Shown: one piece after another, positions 46,767 through 57,238 of the stretch | How positions within the stretch are numbered: position 1 is the first letter of the stretch | How the letters are laid out: every line of letters starts with the position of its first letter | Made by a program: the position numbers and the translations under genes | Origin: Verrucomicrobiota bacterium | GTDB lineage: Bacteria; Verrucomicrobiota; Verrucomicrobiia; Limisphaerales; J093 | DNA: 64,000 nt | Assembly: GCA_050012855.1 (NCBI GenBank) | Contig: JBEKGJ010000019.1 | Location: 837 to 64,836, forward strand | Reading direction: 5' to 3' | The notes under the pieces: model-generated | The model's database searches: none | What the model saw: only the letters and a program-made list of their open reading frames with translations | What the model was told of the DNA's origin: nothing

Positions 46767-48362
46767 TCAGGAACGCGGTCCGATCAGAAGGAACGTCGTC
46801 AACTCCCCCTTGCCCTTGATGTCCACCAGACCGCGGCGGCGCAGGACAAACCGGTCGGCCAGTTTCGCGGCGGTCGCTTCCGTGATCTGGATCGTGCCCG
46901 GCTCACCGTGCGATTCCATGCGGCTGGCCGTGTTCACCGTGTCGCCCCAGAGGTCATAGGTGAATTTGTGGCGGCCAATAACGCCGGCGACCACCGGGCC
47001 GGTGTTCATGCCGATGCGCATCTGCAGCGTGGTTTCGTGGGCCTGGTTGTAACGGGCCAGCTCAACGAGCATGTCCAGCGCCATGCGGGCCGCCGCCTCG
47101 GCGTGATCCGGGCGGGGCGAGGGCAACCCCGCCACCGCCATGTAGGCGTCCCCGATGGTCTTGATTTTCTCGAGGCCGTGCCGCGAGGCGAGTTCGTCGA
47201 AGGCGGTGAAAATCAGGTCCAGCGAGCGCACCATCAGTGGGGGCGAAAGTTGCTCCGCCAGCCGGGTAAAGCCCACCAGGTCGGCGAACAGGACGGTGAC
47301 CTCCTCGAAGCTGTCCACGATCAAGGTTTCACCCCCCTTGAGCCGGTCGGCGATCGGACGGGGAAGGACGTTCAGCAGGAGGCGCTCCGACCGGGCGCGT
47401 TCGTCCTCGATCTGTTTCAGGTAAACGCGCTCGGCGTCGAGCAACCGCTTTCGTTCCAGGGCGGCGCCGACGCGGGCCCGCAGCAACACCGGATCGAAGG
47501 GCTTGGGCAGATAATCCTCCGCACCGGCTTCGAGGCACCGCGCGATGCCTTCCGCCTGGTCCATGGCCGAGATCATGATGACCGGCAGCGCGGCAAGCAC
47601 AGGATCGGACTTCATCCTGGTCAGCACTTCGTAGCCGTCGAGACCGGGCATGACCAGGTCCAGGAGGACGAGATCGAATGGTTGCGCCCGCAGCGCCTGC
47701 AGGGCCTCCACGCCGCCGCCGGCCACCGTCGGTGTGAAACCCTGTTGGCGCAGGCGCCGCGCAAGCAGTTCGCGATTGGCCTCGTCGTCGTCCACCACCA
47801 GCAGCCGGTTTGCCGCCCGGCTCGGGTCGGTCTGGGCGACCGGGGCGGGCGGCGCGAAGTCGGAACCCGTGGTCAGCACCTCGGGCTTCTGCGGGCGGGC
47901 TTGCGGCGGGCTTGTCCCAGGGGTGACCAGGCGGGCTTCCATCGAGGCCAGCCAGAGGCGCGCGGCGCCGGTGATCTTCTGCAGATCGGCGAGGAGCTTC
48001 GGGAGACCGAGGTCCTCCGCCTGCTCCTGCAGCATCTCGCCGTAGCCGATGATGTGGTTCACCGGCGTACGCAGTTCGTGGCAGAGCTGGAACAAGTTGT
48101 GCCGGCGGCTCTCGAAAAGCTCGTCGTCGAAATACTCCGTCATCAGCGCCACCAATTTCCGGCCCCCGGCGTGGATCTTCCGCAAGTCTGGTTGAAACGA
48201 TGCGGGCGTGTGCTCATCCTCCTGCAACAGCTCGCAATAGCCGAGGATGTGATTGATGGGCGTGCGGAGATCATGCCGGATTTGCGAAAGGTCCAGCTTC
48301 GGTGAACTGCCTTTGACGGAACCGGGCTCCGGCCCCTCCGATTTGGCGGGCGGACGACTCAC
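46767..48362 (-). CDS. response-regulator-coupled class III nucleotidyl cyclase with two N-terminal DHp (H-box) modules (531 aa)
   Basis: GTG at 48362 overlaps the upstream stop (GTGA). H-boxes IRHDLRTPINHILGYCELL and LCHELRTPVNHIIGYGEML, with no ATPase domain. REC domain: LLVVDDDEANRELL...LVLLDLVMPGLDG. Cyclase domain: VLFADLVGFT, KTIGDAYMAV, WGDTVNTASRMES. Confidence 0.85.
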   Translation of the reverse strand: MSRPPAKSEGPEPGSVKGSSPKLDLSQIRHDLRTPINHILGYCELLQEDEHTPASFQPDLRKIHAGGRKLVALMTEYFDDELFESRRHNLFQLCHELRTPVNHIIGYGEMLQEQAEDLGLPKLLADLQKITGAARLWLASMEARLVTPGTSPPQARPQKPEVLTTGSDFAPPAPVAQTDPSRAANRLLVVDDDEANRELLARRLRQQGFTPTVAGGGVEALQALRAQPFDLVLLDLVMPGLDGYEVLTRMKSDPVLAALPVIMISAMDQAEGIARCLEAGAEDYLPKPFDPVLLRARVGAALERKRLLDAERVYLKQIEDERARSERLLLNVLPRPIADRLKGGETLIVDSFEEVTVLFADLVGFTRLAEQLSPPLMVRSLDLIFTAFDELASRHGLEKIKTIGDAYMAVAGLPSPRPDHAEAAARMALDMLVELARYNQAHETTLQMRIGMNTGPVVAGVIGRHKFTYDLWGDTVNTASRMESHGEPGTIQITEATAAKLADRFVLRRRGLVDIKGKGELTTFLLIGPRS

Positions 48363-48736
48363 GGTGCCGGAGGCGGCTGGAGGCAGGCCTGGATCTTCGC
48401 CAGAAGCCGTGGAAACTCCACTGGCTTGGTGTCGAAGTCGTCGCAGCCGGCTTCGCGGGCCTTCTGCTCGTCGCTGGCCATGGCGTGGGCGGTCAGCGCG
48501 ATGATGGGAATGGCCTTGGTCGCCGCGTCGGCTTTGAGTTGACGCGTCGCCTCCCATCCGTCGAGCACCGGCAGGCTCATGTCCATCAGGATCAGGTCCG
48601 GCTTTTGCGCCCGGGCCAGGCCGAGGCCTTCCTGGCCATCCACGGCGCAGGTGACGATGTGGCCCTTGCGTTCCAGGCGGCGCGAGAGCATGTCGCGGTT
48701 CATTTCGTTGTCTTCGACCAGGAGGATTCTAGCCAT
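48359..48736 (-). CDS. single-domain response regulator (125 aa)
   Basis: [17 protein letters not shown]...[17 protein letters not shown]...[11 protein letters not shown]...DDFDTKP. Its start overlaps the kinase stop by 8 nt. Confidence 0.9.
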   Translation of the reverse strand: MARILLVEDNEMNRDMLSRRLERKGHIVTCAVDGQEGLGLARAQKPDLILMDMSLPVLDGWEATRQLKADAATKAIPIIALTAHAMASDEQKAREAGCDDFDTKPVEFPRLLAKIQACLQPPPAP

Positions 48737-51700
48737 GATTCGGTTGTTCCGGGTTGGTTCGAGGTCCCGGCACCACCGGCGGGGGCGCGGCCGTCGAGGC
48801 GCCCGCCACCAGCGCACGCACGGCCCCCAGCAGTTCGTCGAAACTCAGTGTGCCTTTTTGAACGATGCGCGCCACGCCACCATTCAGCCGGCGCCGGTCC
48901 GCCTCCGTCAGATCCTTGCTGGTGATCACCACCACCGGGATGCGGCGCCACTCGGGTCGGCGGCGCAATTCGTCGAGAAACTCAAACCCATCCATCTCGG
49001 GCATCAACAGGTCGAGCAGGATGATCGCGACCGGCCGGGCGGCCAGGATGGCGAGCGCCGCGCGGCCGTTGTCGGCGAGCGCCACCGACCAGCCGTCGCG
49101 CTCGAGGTTCCGTTCAAGCAGTTCCCGCGTGGCCGCGTCGTCCTCGACCACGAGCACCTGACCGCGGGCGGCGGTGTGGCGGTATTTGCGCAGGACGGCC
49201 GCCAGCCGGTTCCAGTCAATGGGCTTCGTGAGATACTCGGCCGCGCCGAGGGCAAAGCCGAGATTCCGGTCATCCACGATGGTCATCATGATCACCGGGA
49301 TGGCGGCCAGTTGCGGGTCGGCCTTGAGCGCGGCGAGCACGGCCCAGCCGTCCATGCCCGGCATCATGACGTCGAGCGCAATCACGGCCGGGTGGACGCG
49401 GCGGGCCAGTTCGAGGCCCTCCGGCCCGTTCGCCGCGCATTTCACGGCAAACCCCTCCTTGCTGAGCACGCGACCGGTCAGGTCCCGCGCGGCAGGGTCG
49501 TCGTCAATGACCAGGACGGTCGCGGCGTCCGGAGGGGGGCCGCCTTGTCGGTCCTCGGCGCGAAGATCCGCCTCCGCCGTCCCCGATTGGACCACGGCGG
49601 GCAGCGTGGCCGTGAAGGTGGAGCCTTTGCCCGGCTCGCTGGCGACCGTCAGGTCGCCGCCCATCATCCGGCAGAACTTGCGGCTGATCGCCAGCCCCAG
49701 GCCAGTGCCGCCGAACTTGCGCGTCGTGGACGGGTCGGCTTGGGCAAAGGCTTCGAACAGCCGCGCGATCTGCTCCCGGGACATGCCAATGCCCGTATCG
49801 GTGACGTAAAACGTGATGCGTGATGCGTGACTCGGCTCCACGGGCAGCGAACCGGCTTCACGATTCACGTCTTCACGTTTCACGCTCAGGCGAATCTGGC
49901 CCTTCTCAGTGAATTTCGCGGCATTGCTCAACAGGTTGAACAGCGTCTGGCGCACCTTGGTCAGATCCGCCCGCATGGAACCGATGTCAGCCGGGCACTC
50001 GACGGCGAACTGGTTGCCGTTGCGGGCGACGAGCGGTTGAATGGTGGTGGCGACCTCGCGGAGCATCGGCTCGACGGCGAACTCCTCGAGGTAGAGCGTT
50101 GTCTTGCCGGCCTCGATCTTGGAAAGATCGAGAATGTCGTTAATGAGGCTCAATTGATGCCTGGCCGCGGCGCCGATCTTCTCGAGATCGGGCACGTAGC
50201 CGGTGTGGCCGTCCTCCTGGGCCGATTCCTGGAGCATCTCCGAGTAGCCGATGATGGCGTTCAGGGGCGTGCGCAACTCGTGGCTCATGTTGGCGAGGAA
50301 CTGGCTCTTGGCCTGATTGGCGGCGTCGGCCGTCTGGCGGGCCTGTTCGGCCTGCCACTGTGCCTGCGCGAGCTGTTCATGCTTCTGCCGGATGCCGTCG
50401 AGCGCCACGCGCAGCTCCCGGTAAACGCGGGCGTAATTACGGGCCAGGTGCACCGAGGTGCAGGCCACGAAGACCACGACGCCGGCATTCGGAATGGAGT
50501 TGAACAGCAGCGAAAAGTGCCGGGCGGGGAGCACTCCCAGGAACAGCAGGCCCACCGACACCAGCCGTGCCAGCCAGCAGAGGACCAGGGTCAGGTATCC
50601 CAACCCGATCAGCCACGCGCCGTCCTTGCCCCGGAAGATGCTCACCAGGACGACGCGGACGGTTTCGACAAACATCGCGAACGTGACCAGGCTGGCAGCG
50701 CCGGACAAGATGCCCAGATTGCCCGGCTGTCCGGCCACCTGAGCACCAAAAACCTGTACCACGGTACCCAGCGTGGTCGGTTGGGGCATTTCCCCGACGA
50801 AAAACACCAACGCCAGCGGCCAGAGCAGGACGAGACCCAGAAAGACCCAGAAGACCCGGAGCGCGCGCGGATAGAATAGCGCGTAGAGGAGGCGCAGGCC
50901 GAGCAGACCGGCGGCCATCGCGGTGGAGGTTGCGAGCAGGTAATTGGCCGAACCGGAGCCGTTCACGTACGTTTGGGCGGCGGCGGCCAGCCCGAAGAGC
51001 GCGAAGTAGAGGTTGGTGGGTTGGCGGGGCAGCAACAGATAGAGCAGAAGATGGGTGCCGGTAAAGGCGAGCAGGAGACCGGCGAACAGATGGGCGATGG
51101 ACAGCGAACGCTTCTCGTAGATCGCCACCAGTGGTTGCGGCACCGGCAACCCCTTGAGCGAAAGCAGGGCGATCGCCCGGACCACCGGATTCTCGCTGTC
51201 GGCGGCACGGCTCAACGACTCCACCACGGGGACGCTGCTGCGCCCGGAGGCCCCCAGCAACGTGGCCGCGCGGATGCGGATCTCCACGCTCTGCGACTCC
51301 ATGGCGTTCACGAGAATCGGGTTGAGGGGCTCCAACTCGGGGCCTAACCGCATCAGGTCCAGGAAGCCGAGGTCCAACAGCGCATCGGGTGCCTGGCGCA
51401 TCGCGTCGGCCAGGGCCGTCACAAAGGCATTGGTCGTTGCCCTCGCAGCGGTCGGGCTCCCCAAGTCCAGCCCCACCGACTGCCGCGTGCCAGGTTGCAG
51501 GACCAGGCGCTGCGGCGCACTTACGCCGGCCGGAATGATCGCCACCAACTCGGCCGTGTCGTTGGTCGGATAAACGATCAGGGTGAACCGGCCGCGTGGA
51601 CCAGGTATCAAGGACTGAAGCAACTGCCCGCCCGAACGCAATTGAACCACGCTGGGCGGCAGCTCCCCGGCAGCGCGCGCCACGATTTGTCCGTCGATAA

Positions 51701-52538
51701 TCATCGGCACCGGGAAGGTCTCCGGCGCCGGCAGTTCGACCGCAGTGGTGGTGGCTTGCCCGACCAGTTTGCCGTGGCGGGCGTGCGGGGTGGCGTCATT
51801 CGCTGTGCCATCATCGAAGTTCCACAAGCCCTCCAGCCCCGGCTCTTTTCCGGTGAGACGCAGGAACATTCCCGCACGAATCTGCTCCGTCGTGCGCGCG
51901 TGGTTCCAGACCCGCACCTCGTCCATCTGGCCGCGCAGGCCGGTGACGGTCGGGTCGTTGGAGGTCCACACATTCCAGCCCAGCAGGTTCCTGCCCCCCG
52001 ACCCGAGCGCGGCGAAACTATCGGCAAACGCATTCGTCGCGATCCGGAGCCCGTCCAGGTAGAGGTGCATCCCCTGAGGTCCGGAGACGGCGGCGACGTG
52101 GTGCCAGCGGCCCGGCTGGAGCACATTGTGCCCCGCCACGCGCTCCGCGTTGCTGGCGGGCGACCCGTCCGGCCGGCGGGGCCAGATTTCGAATTCGAGA
52201 CCGGCCGTCCGTGCGTCCTGCGACACGGCCATGGTTCGGTAGGGCTGGCCGAAATCGAAGAACCGTGCCCAGTTGCCGAGGGCGTCCCATTTCACCCAGC
52301 CTTCAACCGTCGCCTCGGCCAGTGCGTTGAAGATGTCGGGCGGAAGTTCGACATAGCTGTTCGTGCCGTGAAGGTCGAGGACACGGTTGGGAACCTTCGG
52401 ATCCTGGGCGAACGCCGCGTGGAGTGGCAGCAGGAGGAGCACGAGGACGAACCGGGCAAGAACGTCGCAGGCGGAGGCTCGGAGCGAACGAGCCAACGGC
52501 GCGCTGGTCTTGGGCATGGAACTGCGGTCGTTTTTCAT
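48729..52538 (-). CDS. hybrid sensor histidine kinase: LamG-like periplasmic domain, HEAT-like repeats, 7-TM block, HisKA, HATPase, two REC domains (1269 aa)
   Basis: LamG-like: [14 protein letters not shown]...LYLDGLRIA...[18 protein letters not shown]. Multi-TM region. H-box [39 protein letters not shown] domains [13 protein letters not shown]...[11 protein letters not shown] and [13 protein letters not shown]...[11 protein letters not shown]. Confidence 0.9.
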   Translation of the reverse strand: MKNDRSSMPKTSAPLARSLRASACDVLARFVLVLLLLPLHAAFAQDPKVPNRVLDLHGTNSYVELPPDIFNALAEATVEGWVKWDALGNWARFFDFGQPYRTMAVSQDARTAGLEFEIWPRRPDGSPASNAERVAGHNVLQPGRWHHVAAVSGPQGMHLYLDGLRIATNAFADSFAALGSGGRNLLGWNVWTSNDPTVTGLRGQMDEVRVWNHARTTEQIRAGMFLRLTGKEPGLEGLWNFDDGTANDATPHARHGKLVGQATTTAVELPAPETFPVPMIIDGQIVARAAGELPPSVVQLRSGGQLLQSLIPGPRGRFTLIVYPTNDTAELVAIIPAGVSAPQRLVLQPGTRQSVGLDLGSPTAARATTNAFVTALADAMRQAPDALLDLGFLDLMRLGPELEPLNPILVNAMESQSVEIRIRAATLLGASGRSSVPVVESLSRAADSENPVVRAIALLSLKGLPVPQPLVAIYEKRSLSIAHLFAGLLLAFTGTHLLLYLLLPRQPTNLYFALFGLAAAAQTYVNGSGSANYLLATSTAMAAGLLGLRLLYALFYPRALRVFWVFLGLVLLWPLALVFFVGEMPQPTTLGTVVQVFGAQVAGQPGNLGILSGAASLVTFAMFVETVRVVLVSIFRGKDGAWLIGLGYLTLVLCWLARLVSVGLLFLGVLPARHFSLLFNSIPNAGVVVFVACTSVHLARNYARVYRELRVALDGIRQKHEQLAQAQWQAEQARQTADAANQAKSQFLANMSHELRTPLNAIIGYSEMLQESAQEDGHTGYVPDLEKIGAAARHQLSLINDILDLSKIEAGKTTLYLEEFAVEPMLREVATTIQPLVARNGNQFAVECPADIGSMRADLTKVRQTLFNLLSNAAKFTEKGQIRLSVKREDVNREAGSLPVEPSHASRITFYVTDTGIGMSREQIARLFEAFAQADPSTTRKFGGTGLGLAISRKFCRMMGGDLTVASEPGKGSTFTATLPAVVQSGTAEADLRAEDRQGGPPPDAATVLVIDDDPAARDLTGRVLSKEGFAVKCAANGPEGLELARRVHPAVIALDVMMPGMDGWAVLAALKADPQLAAIPVIMMTIVDDRNLGFALGAAEYLTKPIDWNRLAAVLRKYRHTAARGQVLVVEDDAATRELLERNLERDGWSVALADNGRAALAILAARPVAIILLDLLMPEMDGFEFLDELRRRPEWRRIPVVVITSKDLTEADRRRLNGGVARIVQKGTLSFDELLGAVRALVAGASTAAPPPVVPGPRTNPEQPNHG

Positions 52539-52944
52539 GGAACCACGGTCTTCGCCACGAGTGGAGGCAAGCGTACCGCAACCGTCGAACCTTGACCAGC
52601 CTCACTTTGCACCGTTTTAGCGCGGTCGTTTTGTTTGCCACCCCAGTCATTTCGCGGGGGAATCATCCACGGCCTGAGTTTGGCCGTCGTCAAAACGGTC
52701 GTACGCGGGCCTGAATGAACTTGCCGTTGATGTTTGCCCGGCCATAGTAATCTCCGTTGCTGACGTAGTGCAGCCGATGCGGCACTTCTCGGAAACGAGC
52801 GCCACTTGACGTCTTGGGACGGATGTTCACCTCGCTTCGAGGCGGGTGGTGGAGTGTTCGTTTTGGTCCCACGAGCCACCAATGCGGGACCCAAAGCACA
52901 TCGGGAGCGAGCATGGTGGGTTGTAAGCAGTGGTAATCAGCAAT

Positions 52945-53029
52945 GGGCGCGTGGTGGAATTGGCAGACACGAAGGATTTAGGTTCCTTTGGCGAAAGCCG
53001 TGCAGGTTCAAGTCCTGTCGCGCCCACCA
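52945..53029 (+). tRNA. tRNA-Leu(TAG): tRNA-Leu, anticodon TAG, with encoded CCA
   Basis: Acceptor GGGCGCG/CGCGCCC. D-arm GGAATTGGCAGAC. Anticodon stem AAGGA/TCCTT with loop TTTAGGT. Long variable arm. T-arm GCAGGTTCAAGTCCTGT. Discriminator A plus CCA. Confidence 0.9.
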
Positions 53030-53661
53030 AACCGGTAATGTTTGGGTGCCCCGCTGGTGGAGTGGGCACCGGCGATCTCTCCCATCGTGTCCTTGTCCAG
53101 ATGAAACTTGGCGCCGACAACCACAACAGAGCATTGTCGCGCGGTTCAAGCGGGGCTGGTCCAAGCACAGGATTGCGCGGGATCGGGCCTTGGACTGGGC
53201 CATGGTGCGCAAATGCCTGGCTGGCGCGGCTCCCCAATCACCCATCCCGTAAACCGGGTCGGTGGCGCGTGGCGATGGGCAGTCTGCGGCAGCATTTGGC
53301 CAAAAAGCATGGCGGCTCTCCGCTCCAACGGTTCGGCAGCCTCAAGAACCTCAACCAGCGTCTTGGGGAGTGCTTCCGCTGTTCCGAACTGGGCAACAAA
53401 GCTTTTTCGACCGCCCCGTGCCAAATCCGCCTCGTTGACTCTTCCTCAAGCCCGCGCTGTCAACGGTCGCCAGGTTCAAACCGCCGAACCTCCGTTCAAA
53501 CGACCTGACTCCGGGCCGGCACCGCTTCGCCCTCTCACGCCCTCACAAAAACCGGTTTCGGATCACCCCCACCCTTGACGCAGATTCCAGCGGCCATTCC
53601 TCGGGGCTGATGCGCCAGAATGTCGCTTGTTCTGTGCCGGGAGACTGCTATTGTGTGACCC

Positions 53662-54552
53662 GTGAAACAATTGTCCTTCGATGACCTGGCACGGCTCCCC
53701 GTGCTCCAGTTCTACGAGGCGGCGTTTCGCAAGGCGACCGGGGTGCCGCTCAAGATCGTTTCCCCGGACGAGCCCCAGCGGCGACTGAGTTTCGGTGAAG
53801 CGGAAAACGCCTTTTGCGCGCTGATCGCCAGGACGCCGGCAGGGTGCGAGGCGTGCCGGGAAACCCAGGCGCGCGCCCAACGCGGTGCGGCAAAAAGACT
53901 CGGTCCCCAGCAAGTCTTCTGCTTCGCCGGGCTGACGGACGTGGCCGTGCCGGTGTTAATTGAGGGACGGCACGTGGCGACCTTGATGAGCGGGCAGATC
54001 TTCCGTCGAGAACCGACCGAACGCGATTTCACCATGGTGCTCCACATCCTTCAAGGCGGACAGGGGGCCGATTGGGAGAAGAAAGCCCGCCAGGCCTATT
54101 TCGACACGCCCGTGGTCACTGCGGAGCGGTTTCAGGCGATCATTCAGTTGCTGAACATGTTCGCGCATTATCTGGCCGACTACGCCAGCCGCCACGTGAT
54201 TGGCAGTTCCGATGCCGAGCCTCACGCGGTGGCCACCGCCAAGCAGTTTGTCCAGGCCCATGTCGAGGAACCCATCACCCTGGAGCAGGTGGTCCAACAC
54301 GTTCACGTCAGCCGGTTTTACTTCTGCAAATTGTTCAAGAAGGCCACCGGCATGACGCTGACCGACTATGTGACTCGTGTCCGCATCGAAAAGGCCAAAT
54401 CGCTGCTCGTGGATCCCTCGCGTCGCATCTCCGAGGTGGTCTTCGCGGCGGGTTTCGGGTCCATCCCACGGTTCAACAGCGTGTTCAAACGCCTGGTCGG
54501 CATGCCGCCGACGGAATATCGGGCCACGCTGCGCTCGCAGTTGCCGGTCTGA
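53662..54552 (+). CDS. AraC-family transcriptional regulator with PocR-like N-terminal sensor domain (296 aa)
   Basis: GTG start. N-terminal part FCALIARTPAGCEACRETQ...FCFAGLTDVAVPV. C-terminal HTH parts LEQVVQHVHVSRFYFCKLFKKATGMTLTDYVTRVRIEKAK and FGSIPRFNSVFKRLVGMPPTEYR. Confidence 0.85.
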   Translation: MKQLSFDDLARLPVLQFYEAAFRKATGVPLKIVSPDEPQRRLSFGEAENAFCALIARTPAGCEACRETQARAQRGAAKRLGPQQVFCFAGLTDVAVPVLIEGRHVATLMSGQIFRREPTERDFTMVLHILQGGQGADWEKKARQAYFDTPVVTAERFQAIIQLLNMFAHYLADYASRHVIGSSDAEPHAVATAKQFVQAHVEEPITLEQVVQHVHVSRFYFCKLFKKATGMTLTDYVTRVRIEKAKSLLVDPSRRISEVVFAAGFGSIPRFNSVFKRLVGMPPTEYRATLRSQLPV

Positions 54553-54913
54553 AACCAGATTCCCGGCGTGCCGGGCGCCGCTTCTCGTTCGCGTGTTCAG
54601 GGCGCGGTAGATTCCAACCTCCCGGTTTCCACGAATTGGAGTTTGTCGCCTGGTCATCGGCGCCGTGGCGGCGGTCGCTCCGGTCACACCAATAGCCAAT
54701 GAGTAATAGCCAACCGGCAAGTAGCCGGGCGGCGCTTCGTTTCGCTATAAACACCATGCTGTCAAGAGCGGCACGGGTGATCGGATCGTGGCCGGCGGCC
54801 GTTCGCGAGCAGCGGTTACAGGCGAACACAGCAAAACGAATTTGCCGGGAATGTGGCCGAGGACGTGGAGTCAGCGGCGCGCTTCCCAGGCGCAAACAAC
54901 AACCGGAGAAATT

Positions 54914-55270
54914 ATGAATTGGCCCAGTTCAATGAAACGGCGGTGGCGGACGGGCGCCGGCCTCGCACTGATCACCGCGGCGGTCCTCGCGGTGTCCGGC
55001 GCGTTGGCGCTGAGTGCGGACGCCCCGGCGGACAACCAGGCGGAAGCGAAAGCGGCAAAAAAACCGGCGGCCAAACCCTCCAGGAAAAAACTGACCGGGC
55101 AGGAATTGTACGCGATCAACTGCAATCGCTGTCATCCCGAGCGCTACCCGACGGAGTGGAACCCGAGCCAGTGGAAGACGCTCCTGCTCCACATGCGGGT
55201 GCGGGCCAACCTCCCCGCCAAACAGGCGAAGGCAATTCTCAGGTATCTCCAGGAGGACGCGGGCAACTAG
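54914..55270 (+). CDS. periplasmic monoheme c-type cytochrome (118 aa)
   Basis: ATG at 54914 inside track ORF 54788-55270. Signal peptide ending ALALSA. Single CNRCH heme motif. Confidence 0.75.
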   Translation: MNWPSSMKRRWRTGAGLALITAAVLAVSGALALSADAPADNQAEAKAAKKPAAKPSRKKLTGQELYAINCNRCHPERYPTEWNPSQWKTLLLHMRVRANLPAKQAKAILRYLQEDAGN

Positions 55271-55288
55271 CCAATCGAGGAGTTATTC

Positions 55289-56692
55289 ATGAAAAACCAT
55301 TCTTCGATTTGCAGTGTTGTTGCCGCGGGTTGCGCACTCGGCCTCGCCTTGCCCCGCCAAGCGTGGGCCACCGTCAGTGATGACGATTTCAATGCGTTGA
55401 AAAAGATCGTCCAGCAGTTGGGCGACAAGGTCCAGAAGTTGGAGCAGGGGCACGAACAGGACCAGCAGGTCCACCAACAAGACCAGCAGAAAATCGAGCA
55501 ACTCCAACAGCAGTTGGGCGTCACGCAGCAGCTTGCCACCAACGCGGTCCAGAAAGCCGAGGCCGCCGCTCAGGTGCAACCGGTGCATCCGCTTCCGGCC
55601 GGTCCGGCCGCGACGCACAATTTCACCCTGGCCGGCGACGCCGAAGTGGTCTTCGGCCGGGTTTCGGGGCAACACAGCGCCTTCGCGTTGGCGGATTTTG
55701 CGCCCATCTTCCTGTATCGGGCCAACGACAACATCCTCTTCGAGGCTGGGTTCGACTTCATGCTGGCCAATAACGCGCCGGCCGCTTCCGGCACCGCCTA
55801 TGGGTTCGATCTCAGCTTCGCGACGATTGATTACCTGCTGAACGATTACGTGACGGTGGTGGCGGGCAACATGCTGCTGCCACTCGGGACCTACTCCGAG
55901 CGCAGTGCCGGCTGGCTCAACAAATTCCCCGACAATCCTCTGCCGCGCGGCCTGCTGCCGGGCAACGGAATCGGCGCGCAGTTGCGCGGCGCTCTGCCGG
56001 TGGGCGACCGCGGCCAGATGGTCACTTACTCGATCTACGGAGCCAATGGACCGTCTTCCGTGGATGGCACCGGCAACTCCGGCTCGCTCGACCTCGGCGG
56101 CAATGTGGGCGTCTTGTCCGGAGCCACCAGCCTGCCACGGCAGTACGGTTACGGTTTGCCAGGCACGACCTTTTCGACCCTGGGCAACTTGCACTCAGAC
56201 CCCAGCGGCGGTGGGCGGGTGGGCTGGTTTTATCCGTGGAAACCGCACTATGACTTGGAACTGGGCGTTTCGGGCCAGACCGGCGAGTGGAACGACCTGG
56301 GCAATCGCTGGTCGGCCGTCGTCGTTGACGCCACCTTGCACGTCAGCCCTTATGTCGAGGTCAAGGGCGAGTTCATCAACACCTGGGTGGACACGAGCGA
56401 TCTGGGAACGATTCGCCCGAATGGCTGGTGGGTGCAGGCCGGCTACAAGTTCTCCGGCTTGAACCTCGACCTCCCCCTCGTGAACAACGTCGAGCTGGTT
56501 GGCCGCTATGACCAGTCGAACGACGCCCTGGCGCCGAGCACCAAGACCGACCGCTACACGGCGGGCTTCATTTATTACTTTTCCAACACCCTGTTGTTCG
56601 AGGGAGATTACGAGTGGCTTAATAGTCGGGGTCCCAACGCCAATCTGTATCCGTCCAACGAACTTCTCTTCCAACTGTCCTATGGATTCTAA
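55289..56692 (+). CDS. outer-membrane porin-like beta-barrel with N-terminal coiled coil (467 aa)
   Basis: Signal peptide (LALPRQAWA). Gln-rich heptad segment. Alternating-pattern beta strands. C-terminal LLFQLSYGF ending in Phe, as in outer-membrane proteins. Confidence 0.7.
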   Translation: MKNHSSICSVVAAGCALGLALPRQAWATVSDDDFNALKKIVQQLGDKVQKLEQGHEQDQQVHQQDQQKIEQLQQQLGVTQQLATNAVQKAEAAAQVQPVHPLPAGPAATHNFTLAGDAEVVFGRVSGQHSAFALADFAPIFLYRANDNILFEAGFDFMLANNAPAASGTAYGFDLSFATIDYLLNDYVTVVAGNMLLPLGTYSERSAGWLNKFPDNPLPRGLLPGNGIGAQLRGALPVGDRGQMVTYSIYGANGPSSVDGTGNSGSLDLGGNVGVLSGATSLPRQYGYGLPGTTFSTLGNLHSDPSGGGRVGWFYPWKPHYDLELGVSGQTGEWNDLGNRWSAVVVDATLHVSPYVEVKGEFINTWVDTSDLGTIRPNGWWVQAGYKFSGLNLDLPLVNNVELVGRYDQSNDALAPSTKTDRYTAGFIYYFSNTLLFEGDYEWLNSRGPNANLYPSNELLFQLSYGF

Positions 56693-56711
56693 CCGAACCA
56701 AAACGTCAAAT

Positions 56712-57188
56712 ATGAAAACAAACAATCGTTTTGCCCTGGTCCTCCTGAGCGTGGCCGCGCTTGCCTCTTTCGGGGCGTGCGTGGCCCGTGGCGCGGATGA
56801 ACCCCTGGATGCCGAAACCAAAGCGCGGGTCGAGCGCTTTGAAAAGGGCCCCGCAACCGTTGATATCTCCAAATACCCGGACGGCATCAAAGAGAACTAC
56901 GAAACGTTCAGCGCCAAGTGCTCCCAGTGCCACAAGCTGAGCCGGCCGATTAATTCGGACTACGCGACCCCGGACGAATGGTCACGCTACATCAAGCGCA
57001 TGATGCACAAGCCCGGGTCAGGCATCAGCAACGCCGACGGCAAAAAAATCTACGAGTTCCTCGCGTATGACTCCAGTGTCCGCAAGAAGGCGATGCTGGA
57101 CGCGAAACTGGCCAAGGCCACGCCGGAAGACAAGGCGTCGAATGAGAGCAAAATCAAGGAACTCCATACCAAGTACGACGACAAGTAA
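56712..57188 (+). CDS. monoheme c-type cytochrome, possible lipoprotein (158 aa)
   Basis: ATG at 56712 inside track ORF 56499-57188. Signal peptide with a possible lipobox SFGAC. Single CSQCH motif. Confidence 0.7.
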   Translation: MKTNNRFALVLLSVAALASFGACVARGADEPLDAETKARVERFEKGPATVDISKYPDGIKENYETFSAKCSQCHKLSRPINSDYATPDEWSRYIKRMMHKPGSGISNADGKKIYEFLAYDSSVRKKAMLDAKLAKATPEDKASNESKIKELHTKYDDK

Positions 57189-57238
57189 CTCGTCCGCGCG
57201 AGCGCCCCGCCGGCAGGCTGTCAGCCGCGCGTTAGAAC

